Positions 32,220-42,137 are shown, counted from the stretch's first letter. The stretch is 46,853 nt of DNA from Desulfosarcina sp. (GCA_029288035.1 JARFPZ010000064.1:1-46853); one strand, 5' to 3'. Notes: generated by a model from the letters alone, not told the origin. Numbers and translations are program-made.

Positions 32220-32815
32220 TTACAAAACAGGCGGGATGATATCCGCATGATTTCCAAGTCCGAAGTGAATTCGCTGATGGTTCTGAGCGAAGCTATGCAT
32301 GCCTCCACTTTGAACCCGTCTTTGCACGACGCCTTCTGTCTCCATCAAGACGTGGGCACCGATACCGTCACGGTTCGACACCGTCCCTTCGAGGTCAATC
32401 ATTAGCCAGTGGTTCTCGTTGCCTCGATTTTGGAACAATTCATGAGGTCCGTCCTCGGCAAAAGGGGGCTATCCCCTCCATTGGTCACAAATAGCAACAT
32501 TTTGCCCGCCGCTCGCCCGAACAAAGTAGATATCAGATTGCCCATCGCCATTGAAGTCTTCGATAGCAGCATCCCAAACCGCCTCGACCTTTCCAATCTC
32601 GAAATTGTTTGTGATATCCTCGAAGATTTTGTTATTCAACGCATATATACGCATGGGTTGTGAGTATGCGATCAGATCTAAAGCGCCGTCGCCGGATATG
32701 TCTCCAAGTTGAGCGAATTCGAATAAAACAAAAATACTACCGGCTCTCTTTAGTTTTCCGAGGTTAAGAAGATTACCGGCTTTTTGCGTAACCTCCTCAA
32801 ATCTTATGTCCGCAG
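32220..32815 (-). pseudogene. Fragmented CRTAC1-like FG-GAP/ASPIC-UnbV protein
   Basis: Fragments in different frames: ADIRFEEVTQKAG, DAAIEDFNGDGQSDIY (FG-GAP) and FQNRGNENHWL...SNRDGIGA...RIHFGLG (ASPIC/UnbV). Confidence 0.75.
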
Positions 32816-33271
32816 AGCTCAGGGGGGGTAAAGAGCGAAAAGAAAACGATAAAATAGTAACCGATGAGAAGATGTTTGCTAGAGCAGCAGTGCTTTCTCT
32901 CCTACTAGGTTACCATTGTGGTCTCCACGGTCGTCAATATCTGGGCCGTATATCATGATTTCTTGATTATAGATAAGGGTATTACGTTCTCAATGACGGT
33001 GACACCGATTTTCCGAACCATTGCAGGGGTCGTTGTCAATATGGATTTGTTTGACATGAAAGATATACACGTCCATAAAATTATAATTCTTCAGATAAAT
33101 CTATCCTTACAAACCTCTAATTGAAATGAATTTGTAATCTATTTTTAAATATGATAAGTACAACAAAAGTATAAGAATTTAATGACTTATTGAACGTCTA
33201 GTCCCTAACTGATCAGTCCCCAGAATCAAGAGGTGACGGGCCATTTTTCTGCCATTAGCGAGAAATTGCAG

Positions 33272-34207
33272 ATGAGAATTATCGTGAAAATGATATTTGG
33301 TGCTCACCTTTATGGCACCGCAACGCCGAACTCGGATTTAGATTATAAGGGCATTTTTTTGCCCAGCAAAGCGGAACTGCTTTTAGGGCGAATACCAAAA
33401 AGTCATAGATATTCCACCGGTAGAGAAGAATCGAGGAATACAAAGAATGATATCGACATTGATCTGTATTCATTACATCATTTTATAAAGCTCGCCTGTG
33501 ATGGACAGACCGTTGCAATGGATATGCTTCATGCTCCTGATAACATGATTCTGCAGAAATCCGAAATCTGGGATGAAATAGTAAAAAATAGACGAAAATT
33601 TTATACCAGAAATCTGAGTTCGCTAGCAGACTACGTACGCCGCCAAGCCAGCAAGTATGGGATAAAAGGCTCAAGAATTGATGCAGCTCTGCAGATTCTA
33701 GAAATATTGAAAAAAGAAGATTCGTCTCAGAAAATAAGGGAGATTTGGGACCAGTTGCCAAGGAATGATCATTGCTACGATGTGGCCCCTGATCCCAATG
33801 GTATTCGGCAATACCAGATGTGTGGGAAATTATTTCAAGAATCGGCTACAGTTGGGTATCTTATTCCAATTGTTGAAAAATTTTACAATGATTACGGCCG
33901 TCGAGCGAAGTTGGCGGCTGAAAACAAGCGTATCGATTGGAAGGCGGTCTCTCATGCTCTCAGAGCAGCTTACCAAACCAAGGAAATTCTAACTGAAAAT
34001 ACCATAACCTTTCCTTTGGAAACTGCTGATTTTCTTATGAAAGTAAAAGACGGCCATCTGGATTATTTAACCCAAGTGGGACCTGCATTAGAAATCCTTA
34101 TGGAGGACGTTCAACGTTTAGCTTTAACGAGCAAATTACCTGAAGCAGTGGATCGAGAATTCTGGGATCGATTTATTTGCGATACATTGGAAAGGGAGCT
34201 GTTCTGA
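33272..34207 (+). CDS. Pol-beta superfamily nucleotidyltransferase (RlaP/Nuc-transf-like, resembles phage-encoded homologues)
   Basis: FGAHLYGT.TPNSDLDYKGIF (hG[GS]...DxD), third Asp in DIDLYSL, DWKAVSHALR helical domain. Alternative GTG start at 33233. Confidence 0.85.
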   Translation: MRIIVKMIFGAHLYGTATPNSDLDYKGIFLPSKAELLLGRIPKSHRYSTGREESRNTKNDIDIDLYSLHHFIKLACDGQTVAMDMLHAPDNMILQKSEIWDEIVKNRRKFYTRNLSSLADYVRRQASKYGIKGSRIDAALQILEILKKEDSSQKIREIWDQLPRNDHCYDVAPDPNGIRQYQMCGKLFQESATVGYLIPIVEKFYNDYGRRAKLAAENKRIDWKAVSHALRAAYQTKEILTENTITFPLETADFLMKVKDGHLDYLTQVGPALEILMEDVQRLALTSKLPEAVDREFWDRFICDTLERELF

Positions 34208-34515
34208 AAATGCGAAACCGACGCTTTCCACACGCCTTCAGATTTCGTTACGTTGTTATCTATTGATAATTGGGGCATAGAATCTTGTAGATTTCAGTCG
34301 GAGTCGCATATAACTTGTAGATCTGAGGCCCATCTTATTAAAAAACTTAAATTCTTGGATTGAAAATTCAAGAATATGTGATTATTTTATCTCTAATAAC
34401 TAGCGTGCAAATGTTTATTTTTCTGGACTGGGCTGCAGTGCTTGATTAAGCAGGACAACAGCGAGTGAATAATCGGCAGCCCTTGTGTGACATTTTCTAA
34501 AGGGGGCAAACTAAA

Positions 34516-34734
34516 ATGCATGCCATGAAACGCAATTTTAATGACAGGCGTTCCGGAAAAAATAGGCGCAGGATTTTTCGTCTTTATAGAAGCGACTATA
34601 ATGGTCCTAATAGAAGAAATCCACAAGATCGAAGATCGCAGCTGGAAAGACGAGATGGCTATGTTAGAATCGACAAATGGTCGAGTGTGAATATGCACAA
34701 TCTAAAAATTTCGAAGTATTTGCGTCCCCAGTGA
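34516..34734 (+). CDS. Arginine-rich microprotein with D/N/E-RR repeats and a YxGPxRR motif
   Basis: DRRSGKNRRR...YNGPNRRNPQDRRSQLERRDGYVRIDKWSSV; GGGGG RBS. Confidence 0.7.
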   Translation: MHAMKRNFNDRRSGKNRRRIFRLYRSDYNGPNRRNPQDRRSQLERRDGYVRIDKWSSVNMHNLKISKYLRPQ

Positions 34735-34998
34735 AAACCCTTCATTTTTATTTTAAATCTATCCTGATATCTCAGCTTTGTCTTACCCAAAACTTTGTCA
34801 TCACGTTATATTGTGAAATAAATTTCATAAAATCAGGTGGTTTAATTCATAGCCTGCAACCAACGTTGTTTGTAAATAATCGATATCTACCTGTAATAAT
34901 TAATTTAAACTTATTTGTGGCGTTTCAGCACGATTATTGCACTTTGAAAAACCGGTGTAATCAGTTGGGGAGGGGAGTCGATACCATAGGGGGGTTGA

Positions 34999-35577
34999 GT
35001 GAAAAAGGTGATCTTAACAATATTGATAAATTTCGCGGTGGCCTCAAATGTGTGCGCATACACAGTAATTAAAGACCCAAATGTTTTCTACTCTTTTTTT
35101 GAAAAACCAGCAAAAATTATAGATTTCGCAGAACTTAAAGATGGTACCTTATATGGCAATCTTACAGATCGGGTCGAACTGGATATCCCTGAAGCATCCG
35201 AACCGAATTGCATAAACAACCGTGCAGGCAATTTAAATGCATTGACAGTCGGACCAAGTGCCTTTTCAAATACCTGGTCTTTTCTAGGCGCTGAACCCGT
35301 GCACGCGCAATCCTTTTGTGATGCTGTTCTGTGGTTTGATCAAGGAATTTCGACAGGTGACTACAATTTGGCGGTGTCGACAACAGCCGGTCGATCAAAA
35401 CCATTTGCGATATACACAAACAAAGGTTTTTTGGGAATAATTCCGGATACCCCCCAAGAAACGCTTTTTATATTTGAAAATCTACACTTTATATTCAGCT
35501 TTGAAACAGAGTTTTCAACGACCGCTCCGGTCTCTGAATCGGAGGCCTCCTTTTTGGCGCAGATTGAGATAAACTGA
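34999..35577 (+). CDS. Secreted hypothetical protein
   Basis: MKKVILTILINFAVASNVCA signal peptide; GGGGGG RBS; ends TAPVSESEASFL, a possibly decayed PEP-CTERM start. Confidence 0.7.
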   Translation: MKKVILTILINFAVASNVCAYTVIKDPNVFYSFFEKPAKIIDFAELKDGTLYGNLTDRVELDIPEASEPNCINNRAGNLNALTVGPSAFSNTWSFLGAEPVHAQSFCDAVLWFDQGISTGDYNLAVSTTAGRSKPFAIYTNKGFLGIIPDTPQETLFIFENLHFIFSFETEFSTTAPVSESEASFLAQIEIN

Positions 35578-35668
35578 TAGGACGGTTGTTAGCCGGAAAA
35601 TCAAAGTTTCAATACCATTCATTTACTGATGTTCGGTTCGCTGACAAAAGCTGACCGGTGAAGAGCTG

Positions 35669-35986
35669 ATGGGAAAACGCAAGAGATTAACCTACATTGA
35701 AATACTCTTAATACTGGCGATTATTGCAATTCTGGTGGTCTGGCTGTTCCCAAGATTTCTAAAATTGATTGATTCCAATTCCGCTGAAGTTGGTACTTTA
35801 AGACTGCCTGCCGGTATAAGTTGTATAGAAAGATATTGCTTGTCTTCGGACCAAATTTCAAGGCTCCTGACCTCCGTTGGAAAAACTTCCCGGGAGGCCC
35901 AGATGATAATATCAATGGGACCCATAATACGAACCCAAAACTCTCCTAGTAGCTGTTCATTTTTTTATTTTCAGTCCTCCTCTTGA
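35669..35986 (+). CDS. Hypothetical protein with a degenerate type IV prepilin-like N-terminal helix
   Basis: MGKRKRLTYIEILLILAIIAILVVWLFP resembles G|FTLIELL...AIIAIL...P but lacks the G at -1. Confidence 0.45.
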   Translation: MGKRKRLTYIEILLILAIIAILVVWLFPRFLKLIDSNSAEVGTLRLPAGISCIERYCLSSDQISRLLTSVGKTSREAQMIISMGPIIRTQNSPSSCSFFYFQSSS

Positions 35987-36087
35987 CAACTAAAACCGTA
36001 GCTGATAGTTCTGCCTATCTATTGATTTTTTCCCATTGGAAATGGTGTGTTTTACTTAGATACCTATTTGGACTTGAAGGAGACCCT

Positions 36088-36330
36088 ATGAGTTCAACAA
36101 ATTCGTATGTTTACATTAACGATGATGAGGTAGAACTTAAACAGATTATTATCAGATATGGGAACTTAAAAAAGCTGAGGAAATTTACGGTTAGTGAGGC
36201 CGAAAAGCGGGGATTGGTTAAAGTGGAATCGGGGCCCCATGCGTTGAGCGGTGATAAATTTTCCAAAGCAATCGCCATCCTTGATAAAGAAGTGCGATTG
36301 TGTCTCTCAACGAAGAGAATGGCCTATTAA
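36088..36330 (+). CDS. Hypothetical 80-aa protein
   Basis: AAGGAG RBS before ATG 36088; stop overlaps the stop of the convergent gene. Confidence 0.6.
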   Translation: MSSTNSYVYINDDEVELKQIIIRYGNLKKLRKFTVSEAEKRGLVKVESGPHALSGDKFSKAIAILDKEVRLCLSTKRMAY

Positions 36331-36857
36331 TCCGTTGAATTACGATTGAAATGGTCATCTTTTTCCGAAAAACCCGGCAGTTGTTCTTGCTCGCTTTCCA
36401 TACGGCATATACCTTCGATTATCCGAATAACTTCCTGATTTAGGTGGATATCGTCGATTGATTTTGAACCTGTGAAAAATATTGCCTCAAGTTGGTTATT
36501 GATCATCCATTTTCGAATTAACGCTGAAGCCGAGTTAAGTGGATTTTCGTTTAAATCGATATGAAGATAAGGCCGGTTGTGCTTTTCAGCACAATCTTTG
36601 ACTATTTTTAGCCCGATCGTAAGGCCGCCGCGGGTTAATATCGCTGTTGCGTCGGAAGCAAGCACATTTTTCTCTATCCGGTCCGAAAAGCTAATATCTT
36701 CTGATTCTTTTACACGATACTTATCCGGTAAGATGCCCTCATCCGTTCTTCGCGTCTTATATGTCCAGCCTTTATGTGGTATATTGAGCTTTATGGCGGC
36801 ATCCAGAGCAGCTCTTTCGACGCCGGGTTGGCCTCCTGAGATGATTTTTTTAATCAT
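36327..36857 (-). CDS. SLOG-superfamily putative molybdenum carrier-type protein
   Basis: KIISGGQPGVERAALDAA...GW...NVLASDAT... Confidence 0.85.
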   Translation of the reverse strand: MIKKIISGGQPGVERAALDAAIKLNIPHKGWTYKTRRTDEGILPDKYRVKESEDISFSDRIEKNVLASDATAILTRGGLTIGLKIVKDCAEKHNRPYLHIDLNENPLNSASALIRKWMINNQLEAIFFTGSKSIDDIHLNQEVIRIIEGICRMESEQEQLPGFSEKDDHFNRNSTD

Positions 36858-37014
36858 TTTAAATTCTTATTTAGTTATCTGTAGGCGCCTGACAGCGGAT
36901 GACCCAATCAATTCCATACCATTTCGCATTTTACTATTAGGAGCACATTTTTAGCAAGCAGTAATAAGCGCATAATTGTGTCATTACCCCAAAATACCTC
37001 ATAGGAGTACAGAT

Positions 37015-37263
37015 ATGTCCAGTTTCGCAAATCGAATGGTCCGGGCCGCAAAATTGGATGTCAACCTATATGAAGAAGTAGAAGCGGACAAACAGGCCAT
37101 GGGACAAGCCATGGGGGTGGTTGTTCTGGCCAGTTTGGCAGCCGGTATCGGGAGGGTCGGTTCCACAGGTATCAGCGGGCTATTGCTTGGAACCCGTGCT
37201 GCAATTTTCGGATGGTTCATCTGGGCATTTATCACTAATCTGAATTATTCTTGCAGCACTTAA
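37015..37263 (+). pseudogene. Truncated YIP1-family membrane protein (5' fragment)
   Basis: AGGAG RBS; RMVRAAKLDVNLYEEVEADKQAMGQAMGVVVLASLAAGIG...GWFIWAFIT breaks off at the stop of the convergent gene. Confidence 0.7.
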
Positions 37264-37936
37264 AGTGCCCAATCGCATCCAGGCTCTCATAATTGATAGT
37301 ATAGAGGGGATCAATTATATTTTCTTGAAAAAAGGTATCGGTCATGGATGCCCCCGAATAGAGCAGGTCCACCAAACTGTCGGTTGGAATTTTTTCAAAG
37401 CAATCCTGGCAGGTAAAAAAACTTTCAAAAATAAAAATTTGGCCACCGGCGGCGTAGAGTTTCTTGAGGTTGCCTTGTGTAATCGTGTGGGAACAGGTGA
37501 TCCAGGTCTTTGCGGACGTATGAACGTTGGACCTATCCCCCAGGAGTTTGTTAAAATTATAATTGCTGTCCATCAAAGGACTAATAAAATCCTCTTGAAA
37601 CTGCCGATCCGTCATGGGTCTGCTTGAACCGATCAATTCCGACAAATCATCCCTGGATAAAATCATATCAAGACAGGATTCGCAGAAACATTTTCCCAAA
37701 ACGATGGTTATAAGCCCCGAAGCCATATAGTAGCGATAAACCAAATCCGGATGGGATAAATGGGGACAAACCGACCAAGTGTTCTTTGCCGAATCCTTTT
37801 TAGAGGTATCTATTGTCGGATACCAAACAATATTTTGGGCAAAATTTGGTGCCCCAATTGCAACAGCACCGTTTTTCCATTCGGGTTTATCAATGATGAA
37901 CAAAGACATTTCGGTTTTGTTCAGATTTGCTCCCAT
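37235..37936 (-). CDS. Hypothetical protein with two tandem CxH...CxxC (putative Zn-binding) domains
   Basis: TWSVCPH...CESC...MTDRQFQEDFISPL aligns with TWITCSH...CQDC...MTDTFFQENIIDPL; GGAGGG RBS before ATG 37936. Confidence 0.75.
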   Translation of the reverse strand: MGANLNKTEMSLFIIDKPEWKNGAVAIGAPNFAQNIVWYPTIDTSKKDSAKNTWSVCPHLSHPDLVYRYYMASGLITIVLGKCFCESCLDMILSRDDLSELIGSSRPMTDRQFQEDFISPLMDSNYNFNKLLGDRSNVHTSAKTWITCSHTITQGNLKKLYAAGGQIFIFESFFTCQDCFEKIPTDSLVDLLYSGASMTDTFFQENIIDPLYTINYESLDAIGHFKCCKNNSD

Positions 37937-37992
37937 ACAATTACCCTCCAAAAATATATTGAATAACACCAGTCACTGTCTGTATTTTTAAA

Positions 37993-38007
37993 GCAAGATT
38001 TGGACCA
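37993..38007 (-). promoter_or_regulatory. Sigma54 -24/-12 promoter
   Basis: TGGTCCAAATCTTGC (GG-N10-GC), about 57 nt upstream of ATG 37936. Confidence 0.6.
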
Positions 38008-38144
38008 ACTCCGGTTTTAAAGAAAAACTTAGGATTATCAAACAGTTGACTCGAGTACAGCTTAACTTGATATATCGGCGGCGCCAAATTATTGATGATG
38101 AATGTCAATTCAGCATCAAAAGCGTTTGTTTGCCGGCGACAACT

Positions 38145-38702
38145 TTAAAGGTCTGACAATATGGCCTCCGCTTGCCTACCGGCCCGTTCAAAAAGATCTG
38201 TCTGATATGGGTCTTCTGGTTCAATCGCCTTAATTTCAAAAATCGTAAAATAAAGCGCCTGAATCAAAAAGAACATCCAGATGTCTAGCAGCCAGGCTGC
38301 TGCGAAAGCGGGGGTGTACACGACCACCGGGACCCCGCCAAGAAGGCAGAGAGACGATTCCACGATCAGTTTTCGGCCATCAGGAGTTGGAAAACAGATC
38401 TCACTGCGAATCCAGCTAAGGAACACCAAAGATAGAATGTAATAAGCGGCAAGGGAATTCACCAGAAAAGACATAACAAAGAGCAGCAAGAGCGGAAAAC
38501 CACTGGACAGAATCGGTTTTTTAGTCCAACGACTCAACAGCCATGAATAGCCTGCCACGGACAGCCAGAGGGTCAGGTAGATTGGTTTGGTCCCGGGTAG
38601 CAGGTAGCCTATCGTTAGATTAAAGGGGATCAAAGACAGTCCGCAAATCAGACCGAAGAAAAGGGTCGTTCGGATCGGATGCTGTGATGTTATTGTTATC
38701 AT
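38145..38702 (-). CDS. Multi-pass membrane protein of the vWA-PspA operon
   Basis: About 5-6 hydrophobic segments, WMFFLIQALYF, C-terminal helix DLFERAGRQAEAIL; GGAGG RBS; 20 bp downstream of the PspA-like gene. Confidence 0.8.
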   Translation of the reverse strand: MITITSQHPIRTTLFFGLICGLSLIPFNLTIGYLLPGTKPIYLTLWLSVAGYSWLLSRWTKKPILSSGFPLLLLFVMSFLVNSLAAYYILSLVFLSWIRSEICFPTPDGRKLIVESSLCLLGGVPVVVYTPAFAAAWLLDIWMFFLIQALYFTIFEIKAIEPEDPYQTDLFERAGRQAEAILSDL

Positions 38703-38722
38703 GTCGGAATGCCTCCTATAAA

Positions 38723-39292
38723 TTAATTCGGGACCGATTCACTATCAGCTTCCAGTGCCTCTTTGCGCTTCAACAACTCCAATTCAATCTCTTCATCCGT
38801 CGGCGCGCCGTAACCATCCGCAGAGACCGGAACAACCAGATCTTTTTCCCACTGCTGCATCTGTGTCCTGCGGAGGTATTCGGTTGATCTGTATTTGAGT
38901 TGTTCATAGCGGAGACGCTGCTGCTTCAGGTGGTTTTTAAATTGTATCATTTCTTCATTCAAGGCTTCCAGATGACGGGTAAGTTTATCACTCATATTTT
39001 CCAGAGGCTTCATTTTTCTAAGGAGCATTCGGGCAATCTCATCTTTGTTCTTGCGCAGAGCCACCGTCAGGTCATGATCCAGTGCTTCCCACTGCTGCCG
39101 ATAGTCAGCGAGATCCTTTTGCTTTTGATTGTGACTTGCCTTCATTTTCCTGAGCTTCGCCTCTTTGCGATGAAGTACTTCCTCCATATCCCGCAGATGT
39201 TGCTTGAGCAGCGACCTTCGATTCTCCAACCGGTCCATGACCCCATGAATGTCGGCTTTAAAAATTTTTACGACCCTGGCGATAATTGCCAT
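38723..39292 (-). CDS. PspA/IM30 (bacterial ESCRT-III) family protein
   Basis: N-terminal amphipathic MAIIARVVKIFKADIHGVMDRLEN...LLKQHLRDME, coiled coil, AL...DEIAR, C-terminal DEEIELELLKRK; AAGGAGG RBS at ATG 39292. Confidence 0.85.
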   Translation of the reverse strand: MAIIARVVKIFKADIHGVMDRLENRRSLLKQHLRDMEEVLHRKEAKLRKMKASHNQKQKDLADYRQQWEALDHDLTVALRKNKDEIARMLLRKMKPLENMSDKLTRHLEALNEEMIQFKNHLKQQRLRYEQLKYRSTEYLRRTQMQQWEKDLVVPVSADGYGAPTDEEIELELLKRKEALEADSESVPN

Positions 39293-39466
39293 GGTTCCTC
39301 CTTGTGGTGGTGGTTTGGTTCGTTTTGATCGTTTGAGCCCTTCGTCACTTGTCACTCGTTCGCTTTTTTTGAGTTTCTTTTCCGATTAGCCTCGCCGTTT
39401 CAGGAGTCAATGGCGACGCTGACATCCGAAACCTGACGCCCGAAACCTGATTTTCATACACCCGGG

Positions 39467-40900
39467 TTACTGACGGCGACCACTGTAGCCTTCAAATTGG
39501 AGGGCTTTGGCATTGGACTTTTGCTTTTGTTGCACAGCTGCCGGTGTGCCCTTGAAGGTATCGTTTACATAGGTTCTCAGCACTTTGAGATCTTTGTCTA
39601 GGTTTTCAGCAACAGGGGCCGAACCGACGACTGCGTTTACCGCCTCCCGTTCTTCGTAGTATTGGTCTATTTTATTTAAGGCGTTTTGTTTTTTTCCGGA
39701 TTTTATGTCGGCCGCCACTTCCTGTTTGAGGCGGTTAAAATCCTCATTGATGATTTTCTCCGACCAGCTCTTTTTATTGATGGAAGAATACACTTTTTTT
39801 CGATCACTCACGCAAGCAAGGGTAAGAGTTTCCTCCAAGGCGGTTTCATAAGTGCGGTTGTCGTACTGATAGCTGAGTTTAATTGTATCGAGCTCAAACG
39901 TCTTTTGACGATTCGTCGGAACCTTCAGGGTTAGAAACAGTTTGCGAGTTTGTCCAGAACGCAGGTTGCCCGGGTAAAAAACCAAATAATCATTGTGATT
40001 AATTATCGGGTATCCGGCGGCATCGATCAGGGTGATTCCGCTATTCAGAGGGAATTGGACTTTCACGCCGGTCACGGCTGCTGATTGGGTATTGAAAAAT
40101 TCTTTTTGGAATACGTCTGCAAACGCTGCCGGATTCTCCAGATAATAATAGCTGCCGGTTCCTCGGTCGGCGATGGCTGTCATCAAATGCTCGTTGAAAT
40201 CGATCCCCAAACCTACCGTACTGACAGCAAACTCCTTTTCCACGGCGACGGCGGCAATTTCGGACAGCGCCCTGACATTGGTTAGCCCTTTATTGGCAAG
40301 GCCGTCGGAGATCAAAATGACTTTGGCAGCATTTAGGTGGTGGCTTGAAGCTAAAAGAATGTCGATTCCGGCCTGCAAGCCGGCGCCGAGGTTGGTACCT
40401 CCACCTGCCCGGATGGTGTTGACGGCCGAGACCATGCCAGCCCGGTTGGCAGCAGTGACATTAGACAGGCCGGAGGCGATGTGAACACCATCCGAATAGG
40501 TAATCAGGGCAAAGCGATCTTGGTCGGACAGGCCCGACAATAACGCCAACACCGCCCGGCGGGCATCCTCTATTTTACGGCCTTTCATCGAACCGCTGCG
40601 GTCGAGGACGATCACCATGTCCACATTTCGGGCTTCACGGACGTCGGTTGAAGGCAATTCTGCGGCCTGCAGGGTGAGGTTGAAGCCCACGATGCCGTCG
40701 GACCCCAGTAGAACTTTGTTTTGAATCAGATGGCCGGACATCCCCAGAATTCCATCATTTCCTGCACCATTGGGAGATGGGCCAGAAATCCTATTCGACC
40801 CAAGCACACCGATCGTATTTGATGAATAGGCCATGGCCACACCGGTGGCGGCGATAAGAATGGAGATCAGTAGAAAATTTTTCAATCGTGTTCGTTTCAT
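39467..40900 (-). CDS. Secreted von Willebrand factor A (vWA) domain protein
   Basis: Signal peptide/anchor, intact MIDAS VLDRSGSM, GGTNL, LISDG, Ig-like and helical C-terminal regions; AAGGAG RBS. Confidence 0.92.
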   Translation of the reverse strand: MKRTRLKNFLLISILIAATGVAMAYSSNTIGVLGSNRISGPSPNGAGNDGILGMSGHLIQNKVLLGSDGIVGFNLTLQAAELPSTDVREARNVDMVIVLDRSGSMKGRKIEDARRAVLALLSGLSDQDRFALITYSDGVHIASGLSNVTAANRAGMVSAVNTIRAGGGTNLGAGLQAGIDILLASSHHLNAAKVILISDGLANKGLTNVRALSEIAAVAVEKEFAVSTVGLGIDFNEHLMTAIADRGTGSYYYLENPAAFADVFQKEFFNTQSAAVTGVKVQFPLNSGITLIDAAGYPIINHNDYLVFYPGNLRSGQTRKLFLTLKVPTNRQKTFELDTIKLSYQYDNRTYETALEETLTLACVSDRKKVYSSINKKSWSEKIINEDFNRLKQEVAADIKSGKKQNALNKIDQYYEEREAVNAVVGSAPVAENLDKDLKVLRTYVNDTFKGTPAAVQQKQKSNAKALQFEGYSGRRQ

Positions 40901-41441
40901 GATAGGCTCCTTTCGGCTTAAAATTCAGAACTACTGATTTTTACTACAAAATCTTTAAATTCTGTAAATATCAGGGTTTTCCGAGAATTTTTTTTCGAAT
41001 GAGGTCGGCCCTGAATTTGTGTGTCTAGTCAACGGAAAAGTGAAAACCGGTTTTGCTTCCATATTTCAATTTTACTTCAGCAGCTGCCAAATGCAATTCA
41101 AAGAAGTGTAAAAGAAAACGGAAGAATATTTGCATAACTTTTACTTTGAATTTGTGAACATCTGATATACTCTATACTTAACCCGACAAAACTGGAAATA
41201 ACTGCCACCAAGGCACAAAGACACCAACAACAACCGTTTATAATACTTTAACTTCGTGTCTGGTGGCGAAACCATTTTATTATTTGAGTCCTTCGCAAAT
41301 ATGATGCGATTTTGATAAATGGGTAAGAGTAGAAACTCATCACGGGTTGTCCGATGTTTGCATTATACGTTGTCATCAAATGCTCACAGAGATTAAATAA
41401 ACCATTAGAAATCAACTCTATATAACTGGGAGATATTTAGA

Positions 41442-42137
41442 TTGAAACAATCCAAAGCGCGAATCCTGGTGGTTGAAGATGACACGGCTTTGTTGCGTGG
41501 TCTATTGGATGTGCTGGTATTCAACGGCTACGAAGTTAAAGGAGTTGAAGACGGTGGTGCAGGTCTCAGGGTGGCAGTGGATGAACAATTTGATCTGATT
41601 TTGTTGGATGTGATGCTGCCGACCCTGGATGGATTTTCAATTTGCAAAGCGATCCGTAAACAAAAGCCAACCCAGGGGATTATTATCATTACGGCCAAAG
41701 GGGCGGAAGATGACGTTGTCACGGGATTTAAATCCGGGGCAGATGATTACATCACCAAACCCTTTTCCCTGCGGGAGGTCATGGTGCGGGTTGAAGCCGT
41801 ATTGCGGCGCACCGGGAAAAATCTGGGGGATGAAGAAATTCATTGTCGCGGCATTTTTTTTGACGGTAAGAACCTGATGGCTCGGATTGGAGACCAATCC
41901 CTGGAATTAACCCGCAAAGAAATGGATATCATCATATTTCTGCATCGCCACCAGGACAGAATCGTCTCGAAAAAGGAGCTTCTGACCGAAGTTTGGCATT
42001 ATGCCGACGCCGACATCGAAACCCGCACGGTTGATATCCATTTGCTCAAGCTGCGAAAAAAAATTTCAGCTCTGATTGGTGACACGCCCTTGATTTCAAC
42101 GATTCGGGGAGAAGGGTACCGGCTGGAGACGGGGTGA
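41442..42137 (+). CDS. OmpR/PhoB-family response regulator
   Basis: VVEDD, LLDVMLP, TAK, GADDYITKPF, wHTH TRTVDIH...LRKK...TIRGEGY. Confidence 0.96.
   Translation: MKQSKARILVVEDDTALLRGLLDVLVFNGYEVKGVEDGGAGLRVAVDEQFDLILLDVMLPTLDGFSICKAIRKQKPTQGIIIITAKGAEDDVVTGFKSGADDYITKPFSLREVMVRVEAVLRRTGKNLGDEEIHCRGIFFDGKNLMARIGDQSLELTRKEMDIIIFLHRHQDRIVSKKELLTEVWHYADADIETRTVDIHLLKLRKKISALIGDTPLISTIRGEGYRLETG

Noticed and set aside
23090-36857. rtcA, the nucleotidyltransferase and the SLOG gene as one RNA-repair or defence operon
   Set aside because: They are 2-9 kb apart, separated by unrelated operons and not co-transcribed; a functional link cannot be supported from position.
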